Under the pieces are notes generated by a model. The model was given only the letters and a program-made list of their open reading frames with translations, had not been told where the DNA came from and searched no databases. A program made the position numbers and the translations under genes. A DNA stretch of 54,638 nt, counting the filler, from Bipalium vagum (lineage: Eukaryota), in assembly GCA_037834085.1 (NCBI GenBank). It is 3 parts of 3 records of this genome, joined end to end, with 100 filler letters (N's around TTAATTAATTAA, not from the genome) between each part and the next. Parts side by side here need not be neighbours in the genome. Positions count along the whole stretch, not along the records: positions 1 to 16,043 come from JBBMKC010130424.1; positions 16,144 to 35,721 come from JBBMKC010269682.1; 1 more part is not named here. One strand, written 5' to 3'. Of this stretch, positions 13,835-23,900 are shown one piece after another; position 1 is the stretch's first letter; each line of letters begins with the position of its first letter.

Positions 13835-14214
13835 TCACACGGTCTTGTAAAACTATTTTGTGGACTTTTTAATGTTTTCTGGATTAGCAACAGATTTTGG
13901 GTAAACAGAGCTTTCAGTATCATCGGTGCTTTTACGGTCGAGTTTAAACTCAACATACCAGTCAACAATAGTTGATTTCCCTGCTGCAGATTCCTCATAA
14001 TGTTTATCAAGCCACTGCTTGACTCCAACGGTATTCATTTTTTAAAATTAACTGATTTAGTCTGACTAAAGCAAATGTAATCAATAAATAAATTAATCAG
14101 ATTACCATAAATTTTTGACACACACTTATTGAATAATAGTACTACCTCAAAATCATGTAGGTTTGAGAAAAATGTCATAAATGTGTCAGACCGGGAACTT
14201 ATTGAGTGACGCGT
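13835..14214 (-). mobile_element. irritans-subfamily (Himar1-like) mariner, 5' fragment
   Basis: Terminus TA-acgcgtcactcaataagttcccggtctgacac resembles the Himar1 ITR (..GATAAGTCCCCGGTCTGACAC). ORF 13853-14038 NTVGVKQWLD...SAAGKSTIVDWYVEFK...ENIKK matches the Himar1 transposase HTH. Confidence 0.88.
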
Positions 14215-14333
14215 TATAATATATAGAATTTATTAGAGATATAAAACATTATTTTCAATTCTTTTATCTTAACGATTTCAAAGAAGTTTATAAATTCTTT
14301 TTTGCCATGTTAAAAACATTATTTAATTTTCAG

Positions 14334-14375
14334 GTTCAAGATGACCAAATTTTTGACCCAGAAAAACGATTTCGC
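14334..14375 (+). CDS. PDE2A: PDE2A-like 42-nt exon (GAF-A)
   Basis: ttttcag|GTT...CGC|gtataa; VQDDQIFDPEKRFR vs PDE2A VIGDKVLGEEVSFP; followed by a 43-nt intron. Confidence 0.8.
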
Positions 14376-14418
14376 GTATAATGTTTCTATAAATATATAA
14401 TTTAAGCAATGATTTTAG

Positions 14419-14487
14419 GTCACAGATTCGATTTTCGAAAATATTATTAAAGAAAAAACATGTCTTCAACTGAAAGACGTTCCAAAA
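14419..14487 (+). CDS. PDE2A: PDE2A-like exon (GAF-A)
   Basis: ttttag|GTC...AAA|gtgagt; VTDSIFENIIKEKTCLQLKDVPK vs [22 protein letters not shown]; followed by a 46-nt intron. Confidence 0.85.
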
Positions 14488-14533
14488 GTGAGTTCTTTAA
14501 GCTTCTGGCTATGATAATATTAAAAGTCTGCAG

Positions 14534-14664
14534 GACAAGCTGAGTGAATTAGAGCTTCTCACCAATATCAGATGGAATTCCTTCCTTTGTGTTCCAATTG
14601 TCAACCAGTCTGATGGCGATGTAAATGCTATTGTCTGCATGATCAATAAAGTTGGGGCGGAAAG
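14534..14664 (+). CDS. PDE2A: PDE2A-like exon (GAF-A core)
   Basis: ctgcag|GAC...GAA AG|gttggt; SFLCVPIVNQSDGDVNAIVCMINK vs PDE2A [24 protein letters not shown] (GAF LCxP..NK motif). Confidence 0.9.
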
Positions 14665-14959
14665 GTTGGTTTGGACTTCAAAAATTATCTTTTTTTATAA
14701 GGTTCCTGTAGAAATATATCATCATCAATAAATAAATATGTAAATGAAGCGTAAGAGAATAAATAAAAATAAAAAAAATTGAATAATACCTAATTTTTGT
14801 TTTCTTTCTCAAATTTTATTTTAATATTTCTATATTGATTTTCAGTTCCTGTTTAGTACATTTGTATTGATCTTTTATTACCGATCAATATTTCAATTAT
14901 GGTTTACGTTCATTGCCAAAATTGTTAATATAACTGATATTTAGTAACACCTTTTTGAA

Positions 14960-15710
14960 ACAAACCTTTAATATCTCATTAATGAGATGGTGAAGATGAC
15001 TTACTGAATGCCTTCTTTTTACACTCATCGCTACAGATACTGAAAGATAAATATTATCTTACATAATATGTCACTTTAATTGTATTTTCAACCACTTCAT
15101 TGAAATCGGTTATTAAAAAATCAGAATTATTATTAGCAATCGACTTGATGGTGGAAAATGTATAGATGAATAGGAACTTGTTGAGAATCAGACTCTTGGT
15201 GGGCCAGTCTCCGGTTGGATAAGAACAGCGAAAGATCACAGAATGTGATAAAACGTTGTCAGTTTGAATCTACATAAATGGTTTGAATGTTGTTCAAATT
15301 ACCAGAGGCAATGATAATAGCAAAACCATATATAATGGATGTTATGCCGATAATTGCCCCAAGTCTTTTGCAATATATGATTCGTTAAGGAAAACGAATA
15401 TGAAAATTCTTCAAGATAATGCTCGGCTCCTTGTTTATTTAAATGTGAGAAAAATAATCTAAATCTCTGAACGAAAAACTTATCGACCTTCAAACTTATG
15501 TGCCAGACTTGGTATCATCCACTTTTTTTATTGTCAACAAATTCAAACGCAATCTTCCGCTTAAAACGGACATTTAAACATATTCTATTCCTAAGCAGTG
15601 TATCTAAAATATTTAAAACGTATTTTCAGAGACTGAAAATGTGCTTGGAAGGCGATTGCTTTGACAATTTAATTGATACTTTTAAAAACAATTAGTATTT
15701 AGACCCTCTA
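14960..15710 (+). mobile_element. decayed mariner remnant
   Basis: KILQDNARL (HDNARPH), TYVPDLVSSTFFIVNKFK (YSPDLAPSDFFLF) and RLKMCLEGDCFD C-terminus. Confidence 0.6.
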
Positions 15711-16043
15711 AATGCACCATAGAAAATCAGAAAGTCAATTTTTGTTATTATAACAATAATTATACATTTTAATTAACTTATTTATTTATTTATTCATTTT
15801 TAAATTAGCGAAGCCTGTGGTGAATTTTATCTAAATTTCTTTATGAGATCTTATATAGTAATTGGATATGGTTTATACTTTCAATGAACGAAATACAAAA
15901 GATTTCACAAAAGTTATTTGATTTTGTTTATTCAGTAAATAACAAAGTTCTCAGGAAATTATGAACATTTCAGTGAAATATTGGAAAATACTTTTACATG
16001 TGAAGGAATAAATTAATAATAATAATACTAATAATAATAATAA

Positions 16044-16143
16044 NNNNNNNNNNNNNNNNNNNNNNNNNNNNNNNNNNNNNNNNNNNNTTAATTAATTAAN
16101 NNNNNNNNNNNNNNNNNNNNNNNNNNNNNNNNNNNNNNNNNNN
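16044..16143. other. assembly spacer: 44 N + TTAATTAATTAA + 44 N
   Basis: Exactly 100 nt; the palindromic 12-mer has stops in all six frames; identical to the second gap. Confidence 0.97.

Positions 16144-16213
<70 letters not shown>
16144..16213. repeat. (TAA)n microsatellite at contig end
   Basis: About 23 perfect units immediately after the gap; a shorter (TAA)n also lies before it. Confidence 0.95.
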
Positions 16214-16214
<1 letters not shown>

Positions 16215-16683
16215 TTAGAAGAAAAAGATTGATACAAAATTATCATTCAAGTTTAAGAAATTGATACATTTGTAAAAAGATATTTTTCATTAATTTATAA
16301 ATAGTTACCATTTATTAACTACGACCCACCAATTATATTTTTCTTCATAATCCTTCATTTGTTGATAATTAATTACTATATATGATAATTTTATGTCCTT
16401 AATGAAAGAGAATTCTTTCATTTCTTTTACCTTTCTTCTCCAAATAATTAATTATTCATTTTCCACTACAAAAATAAAAATAAATGTGGTCTGATTAATG
16501 TGACATAAATAAATAATAACATAAATTCTGTGATAATTTAAAAAAATAATTAATATTTTGTTTATTTGATGAATTAAACAACAGAACAAATAAATCGATA
16601 ATTAAATTAAATAAAACACTTGTAAAAAATTATTTGAAGAACTTAAAAAGCAAAAATATTGTCTTTAATCTATACACCAACCG

Positions 16684-16900
16684 TTAGTGGATCGCATTTT
16701 CTTCATAGGTTATTTGAGTATTATCATCTGTATTCCCGTAAACAGAAAATGAGACACATGCAGGCAGAGGGGCTTCGAGAGAGGAGAAAATTCCTATTAT
16801 TTTATTTCTTTGACATGGCCTAAGAGAGAAACAAGTTAATCAAACTCCAAATAATATACTGAATTGTTAGGTTATGATCTAACCAGTTTTCCTCTTTCCT
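16684..16900 (-). CDS. candidate 17-nt micro-exon (16900-16884) plus terminal exon (16819-16684) of an unidentified gene
   Basis: ttttctcag|AGGAAAGAGGAAAACTG|gttaga, 64-nt intron, ttgtttctctcttag|G CCA...CAC TAA; spliced RKEENWPCQRNKIIGIFSSLEAPLPACVSFSVYGNTDDNTQITYEENAIH*. Locally GC-richer; no homology recognised. Confidence 0.4.
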
Positions 16901-17121
16901 CTGAGAAAAAAACTTCTTGAAAGTTTTTCAATTAATCTCATTAAATAATAATTTTAATTAATTAATTGTTAAAAATATAATTTCACAAGGTAAATTTACA
17001 ATTAAAGGTCCAAATTAAATTAGAAAATCATTTATTTAATATAATTATTGAATTACAGAGATATTGTTATTTTTCAGCACAATTATTTCATTATTATTAT
17101 TTTTATTATTTTTTTTTATTA

Positions 17122-17164
<43 letters not shown>

Positions 17165-17728
17165 TTAAATAAGATGAATCAATATGCCTTATGTTTATAT
17201 TGTAATTTTAAAATATTCTTTGCTCATTATAATTATTGATATTCTCTTTTTATCATACAATCTTTAATATTTTCTAGATCAATGAGAAAGAACTTCAATT
17301 ATGAGATAGACCTCTTTTTGGATAAAAGAAATATTGGAATAATTCATTTCATTCCTTTCAGTTTGTATCTTGAAAAAATTATTTTTCCCATTAATAAGAT
17401 TCTCAAAACTTTGCGTTATGTATCAAATAATAATAATAAGATAATTAAAAATAATATCAGGTTGTGTAGTATGAAATTTGTAGGTAATCATTTTACATAT
17501 TTCATACATACTGATAATAGTAATGATAATAATAATAATGTGCTCTTTTAATAATTGATCCTTTTATGCTTCCAACTGAGCACATTTTTTTAAATTATCA
17601 AATTAAGAATACATTTACTTAGAAAATAGTGTGTACTTTTGTATTATATAATTTTCGAAATTAAATCGTTCTAAACCTTCTGTTGCTATTTTATAAATAA
17701 AAAATGTATTATGAAAAATCATTAAATA

Positions 17729-18631
17729 CAAGGTGTCTCAAAAATGTCACCACTTTTTAAAAGTTATACCTGACATTGTTTCGACAAGGTAATTATTTTT
17801 TTATAATTCTATGTGAAAACCACCATGAAAAGTATGTACCGTTTATGAGATACAGTCTATAACAACAATGTGCAATTATTTGTTAACGAATTTTCCGAAA
17901 ATTGAAACCCTTTTGGCTTGAACATTGTTTGTATCAGGAAGCGATTGAAAGGCAAACTTGTATATTTATCTCTTTTGGAATGTTGATATATTTTTTCTGT
18001 AAGGAATCTTTAGTTTCTCTATAGTCACTAGAGTTGTACTATAAACCCCAGAAGAAAATACCCATTAGCGTTAGATTTGGTGGTTAAGGAGAAAATTACT
18101 TTGAAATTCTTTTTTAATCCTCGTGTTTCGCAGGTTATTGTAAAGGTAAGGAAGATGATGTTCAGCTGCACCAGCTTGCTGGAATTAAAAGCCTTGTCTG
18201 CACACTTTTCTTTAATTCTTGGCATAATAAATTCTTACAAGAGACTTATGTACTTGGAACCTCTTATTGTAGTGTCGAAGAAAAAAAGATCGATTCACTG
18301 GGTAGGTTAATGGGATGCATCACACAATTTCTTCTGGTAAGTGGAAGCTAACTTGTCGAGTAATGCATAGATTTCGAATATTTCTGTAAGAAAAATTATG
18401 GCGATTGAACCATATAATTTAAAACTGGCCTCATCACTCCAAACAATTTGTCTTGGAAAATGTACATCACCTTTCATTTTTCCAAATACCATTTTAAACC
18501 TCTATTCTCTTGTCTGAATCATCTTCTGCTTTCTGATAGAGCATTAATCAATCTGAGAGTATAACTTTTTAAGTGATTTCCCTTCAAATTATTACTTTTA
18601 GAAAGTGGTAACATTTTTTTGAGACACCCTG
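17729..18631 (-). mobile_element. internally deleted Tc1/mariner (rosa/DD41D-like) element with both TIRs
   Basis: TIRs caaggtgtctcaaaaatgtcaccactttttaaaag / cttttagaaagtggtaacattttttt-gagacaccctg; minus strand IVWSDEASFKLYG, FQQAGAAEH, GYFLLG. Confidence 0.88.
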
Positions 18632-18934
18632 TCCAAACATTAATGAACATTTATAGTTTTCAAAACGAAAGAGTAAACTAAAAATTGTTTAATATGATTT
18701 TTTGGAACATTCGGTAGCTTTGAGTTCACAAGGTTTTTCCCAACTATATTAAAAGGGATTTTCAGGGAACTTTAAATTTCTCTTTTCATCCAATTTTTTA
18801 ATGTTTGAAAAAAAAACATTTTATTTCTCAAGTACCGCTTTACAACAAAATCTGTTTAAACATGAGTTACCATGAAAAATTGAATTAAAATATTTTAATA
18901 ATTCTTGATTGATTTAAAAAAATTTTTATCATTT

Positions 18935-19075
18935 TCAATCAAAGAACACACTGAAAACTCGTTGGCTTTTACTTTCACCTGATTGGCAGTTAATCTCCAT
19001 AATGTCGTTTTTTTATTAATAATGATTTGCAAATCTTTCATTTATCAATATTTGATTAATAAAAAATATACAATG
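18935..19075 (-). mobile_element. Penelope-like GIY-YIG C-terminal fragment
   Basis: ICKSLLIKK..EINCQSGESKSQRVFSVFFD*, clearly homologous to 53890-53997. Confidence 0.7.
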
Positions 19076-19879
19076 CTGTATGATTTTGGTCTTGTTCGGT
19101 ATAAATTTAATCGATAATTTTTAAAAATTGAAAATTATTTAAACATAGCACAATTGATAAAACCAATAAAATATTAATTTTTTTCATATTTTAATATTTC
19201 GATTGATATAAAAATCATTATTTTTGAAATGAGGTGGTTTATTATAACACAGTTATCTGCTCACAAATGTCTATTTTATAAAATCTTTAATTTTATTAAT
19301 TTATTTTTTCTCAATTACTGTTTTATTATTATTTATATTGGATAATTATTTTACTGGAACACATAAAAATTAATAAAATTAAGTATACTAAATTAATCTA
19401 TTACATTTTCTTATTTCTAACTCGTTCGGAGAGAGAACTTCAAAATAAAGAAAATATTAACAGGTTTCACTTGTCTTCAAAAGAGTCAACTATTTCTTAA
19501 ATATGATCTAGCTCATGATCTGATATTAGACAGAATATCATGTATCATATCTTATATCAACATTGGAGAAATATTCCTACCGACACGAATTTCACTTGAT
19601 AGATCTTATTTTCAAACTTCGCCAAAATGTCTATTCTTGTTTTAATTCTTTCGAATACTACTGTAAAGCTTTATCCTAAATTTTTTAGTCTCATAATACC
19701 ACCTCGATTATAGTAATAGATCAAGTTTATAAAAAAACTTAAATTAAGGAGTTTAAACTATTAGACGAAAAGTGATCTACCAAGGAAGATCAGATGTTTT
19801 ATAGTTTGTCCTACTTCAAATTCTTCATAATGTTTAATAGATTCATTTAGTATATCCACAATTTAATTTCCATTCGGTT

Positions 19880-20592
19880 GACTAAAAAGCGATAAGTAAT
19901 GCGTCAAATAAGTAATGAGACTCGTATAGAATGAAATAAAATAAGAACCTGTAATTATACAAGATGGTGATAAGTATTGATTTTATCTAAATGAAATGAA
20001 AGGAAAACACTAGGTCTCAGGTTGCAGGTCCGAGATTTAGATGATCAATAATGATATAGGGTGCAATTAACTCCTTATGCAAGTCTATCCTGGTTTTTTT
20101 AAAGGCACAGTAAACAGTCATAAATATCAGGAAATATTGACAAAGAACAAAGATTTTATGTAAATTCTTCGACTGAAATCATTCATTCCATACTTCAAAA
20201 TACACCGCTGATTGGATTCAAAAGAACAGATGAACGGTATCTTCTTTGACCAGCAAATTAACTTGACTTTAATCCTTTTGAAAATCTTTGGGGACTAATA
20301 AAAAAATGAAGTACGAAAAAGAAAACCAAAAAATGTGGATAACTTACAGATAATTATATAAGAAATATGTGATGAATAACTCCATTAAAACAATAAAGTC
20401 TTTAATTCAACGCATGCCAAGAAGGCTTTAAAGGTGTATTGAAAAAAGGGGACTAATTTTTATAATATTAACTGTTATGGTTTCATTGATATGAATATAA
20501 ATGAGAAATATTTTGCAAATTTAATGTTTTTAATTTAATTCTAAATACTTTTATAAAATAGTTAATTAAACCCGCAACTTTTGGTGATAACT
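19880..20592 (+). mobile_element. Tc1 (DD34E) transposase 3' remnant
   Basis: GTVNSHKYQEIL, PAN.LDFNPFENLWGLIK, RKPKNVDNL, SLIQRMPRRL.RCIEKRG; TIR-like gcaacttttggtgataact at the end. Confidence 0.85.
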
Positions 20593-21436
20593 AAATATTG
20601 ATGGATCAATAAAATGATTATTATTTAAAGATTATAATCTTTGTTTTAATAATTTAAGCATTGTTTTATTTTAGTAAGAGAAATTCGAAAATTTCTTTAG
20701 AAAAATTACAATATTGAAGAGTGATTAGGTTCTTATTTATGAATACGATTTAAAAGAAATAATAAAATTGACAAACAAGGAATATTAATGATAAATATTA
20801 ATAAATGCACAACATTTTATTTAGTTTTAAGTAAAATAAAATATAAATTATAATAAATTTTAATTAAGATCAAAGAAAATATTCACACTTTAGTTGTACA
20901 AATGTCAGTACAACAATGACATTGTTAATTTCCGATAACTTTGTCAAATGTATTTATTGAGTTTGATCATTTGACTTTGACATTTCTTTCATCAAAGACT
21001 TTGCCTGAAAGAATTCTGTCTCATAAACTTTGTTTCATAAATAATAAAAAATTAATAATTAACAAACTATTGTTTGATTCTGAGTGAGTTAATTAAAAGT
21101 TTTATGCTTTGGTAAAACAATTTTTAATAATCTTTGGAAATTTATTGTTTAAATCATTGTTTCAAATGGAAAATTAAAACAAAATATATGAATGGATTTT
21201 AAAATTTTTTTGAACAATTAACTTTAATCCAAATTCCAATCCCAACCTTCTAATAAAAAAAGTAAATCAAAAAATGATTTACGCATTTTTATTTTTTTTC
21301 CTGGAAGTCAGTTCTATTTTATCAAGTCTGTTTTCCAATCAAAGCATTATTATTTTAACAATTAATGTCTCTAGTATGATCTAATTAAATACTTGTTTTA
21401 ATAGATCCGATATTACTTTAGCGTACCCTTAAAATA

Positions 21437-21860
21437 TTAGGTTGTAAACTAAATTCGCGACCCTCGAGATTTCTATAAAAAACATTTATTAAAAGATAAC
21501 AAACAACGAATTTTAATCAAAGTAATCACCATTAGAGTGAATTATGTTTTGTCATATGTGTGGAAGTTTTTCAATACCTTGGCGATAGAATTCTGTCGGC
21601 TTGGAATCAAAATATGCGGAAAGGTGCATTTTGATTTCGTTGATATTGACGAAGTGCATTCAGACAAAGAATGTTCTGCGACTGGAACAAGTAATAGTCA
21701 CTTGGAGAAGCAACTGGGCTATATGATGGGTGAATGATACGTTTCCAGCCCCATTTCTTGATTTTTTCAAGCGTTCGAAGTGCTACATGTGGGCGTGCAT
21801 TGTCATGTTGAAAGATTTTGAGCGAAGACAATGACAAGAGGTTCAGGCGGTTCAATAATG
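21437..21860 (-). mobile_element. mariner (DD34D) 3' half with TIR
   Basis: FQHDNARPHVA...HPSYSPVASPSDYYLFQS...EFYRQGIEKLP...NGDYFD; TA+ttaggttg terminus at 21437. Confidence 0.9.
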
Positions 21861-21921
21861 TTCATATTCAGAATGCTTTGTCAATAAAGTATATAATGTA
21901 AATTTCTCTATAAATCAAGTA

Positions 21922-22370
21922 CAAGTGTCCCAGAAGTCACTGTGAAAAGTAAACTTAAATTCAATCGAATGAAATTTCTATTTATATAATATTAAAGTAT
22001 ATAAGTATAAGTTTTTTTTTAATATTTTAAAATTAGATTTAGCAAATGCCGCTTGATTTGAAGTTAAGAATCAAAATTTTACTTTTAATAGCCAAATTCA
22101 ACTCAATGTGTGTTGTTAAGCGGAACTTAAATGTCGAATTTGGGAAAACCTCACCAAATGAAAGTGCTATAAGAGAGACTTTTCATAGTTTTTATGAGAT
22201 TGGCTAGGTGGAAGATCGTGAACGTTCTGGGAAACCAAGGCTGATTACTGAAAATGAAGTTCGGAAAATGTGTGAAGTTATTGAAAGTGATTCATAATGC
22301 AGTGTTCGACCTGTTGCAACCACCTGCTCTATTTTGCGAACAATAACCCATCGAATTATGAGAGAACAGG
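21922..22370 (+). mobile_element. Tc1/mariner 5' fragment (HTH region, rosa/DD41D-like)
   Basis: TA+caagtgtccca terminus; MPLDLKLRIKILLL...PNESAIRETFHSFYEIG*VEDRERSGKPR...SVRPVA with in-frame stops. Confidence 0.8.
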
Positions 22371-22396
22371 GATAAATTTAATAATTACTACTTGAT

Positions 22397-22530
22397 TTTA
22401 GGGTTAGGGATAAATTTAATAATAATTATTTTAATTATTTAATTTGAATTATGGTTAGGGTTAGGGTTAGAGCGAAAAGTCACTTAAATATTATTAGAAT
22501 TATGGTTAGGTTTTGATTTACGGTTTAAAA
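22397..22530 (+). repeat. short degenerate TTAGGG telomere-like repeats
   Basis: tttagggttaggg, ggttagggttagggttag and ggttagg in an AT-rich context. Confidence 0.6.
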
Positions 22531-23149
22531 TCTTAAAATTTCGTTTAAAAAGTATAATTTTTTAAAAATTCTTAGTTTATATATTGTTTAAGTATATTAT
22601 TTTATTAGGTACCTATGGTTATCGTGTCAAATTTGATATATTTTAATTTATTTGAAATATTTAAATTATCGAACGGGGGAGATACTACACCATTACCAAA
22701 TAAATCGTTAAGTTTATTAAGAAAATTTTAATTCATTAGATTTTTCAAATTCTTTCAATGTTTATTTAACCCCGAAGTATTTTTTGCGATTTTTAAAAAT
22801 GATCTCCTTAATTTAATATTTAAACAAATTACTTATTTTAATATTTGTTATGAAATTTTATAAATTTGTTAATAAATTTTATTTAAACGAATTATATACT
22901 TCACCTGAATTGTTAAATATGCTTTTTTGCTAATAAAGTAATTTTTTACTTAAAGACTTAGGTTCTCTAATATCATTAGAATGGTAGAATAATATCATAG
23001 TAGAATGATAATAATTAGAATAATGTGATTTTAAGTTACTGTTACATTTTTTAAATTGTTTAAACTTTTAATTTAAACTTGAAAAAGTAATTACTATCTA
23101 TCTAAAGGTTATATACTATTGAAGATTATAGTACACCTGAGTCTGTATT

Positions 23150-23900
23150 TTTTTAAAAATTTGACAAGTTAAAACAGATCCCAAATGTAACTCGGATTGT
23201 ATTTCACAATATCTAAACTAAGAAATGATTTTTATAATAAAGAGAGATAACAGAGATTTTGAAGAATACTAAGATGATGGTATCCATCCGTTGTGGACAA
23301 AAGCTTTTTGATACCGATTGTTATAAAAGTGAATCCTAAGCAAACCAATTAAAATTTCAGCAACAATCAAATTTGTTGAAGAAAATATTCGAATAATTAC
23401 TCCATTGAAACATACCCGGAAAATTAATAAACCATGACTTGAGTGAGAATAAAACATCTAAACCAGACTTCAAAAGATATCACCAGTGGTACTTTTTGAA
23501 AAAGAAAATCGGTTTTAAACAAGCCTTTTTACAAATATGAAAAATTATTATTTGAACACAAGAATTTGTGCACCACGAGAAGTGATATTCCTTAAAAAGA
23601 AAAGCTTACTTCTGGATGGAGAGAAATTGTTTCTTAAGAAGTCTTACCTTTGGAAACGGGATTTTTCAAAAAAATAATACAACCCCGATATATAAACAAT
23701 GTCTAACAAGTTTTAACTGAATTAAATTTACGTCCTTCACCAAAACAATAACTTTAAAAAGGCATCAAAATTTTGTAATTAGGTATATGGTTGTATCCTT
23801 TCTTTTGCTTGTCATTTGAATATAATTCTTTCCACATCTTTCACATCTGGATAAATAATTAGCAGCAGTCCTCTTTCCGGTGTAAAGAATTTTTTGTGAC
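23150..23900 (-). mobile_element. possible very old Penelope-type RT/thumb remnant
   Basis: Faint MPFLKLL (LPFLD) and NITSRGAQI (RAxxIC) traces; many stops. Confidence 0.25.

Noticed and set aside
17048-17239. Poly-Ile ORF (and poly-Tyr ORF 5111-5326)
   Set aside because: Translations of (ATT)n microsatellites.
20960-21005. Minus-strand KVFD and (27240-27270) QGVAEH peptides resembling PDE2A GAF-B
   Set aside because: Opposite strand to the PDE2A exons and each is followed at once by a stop.
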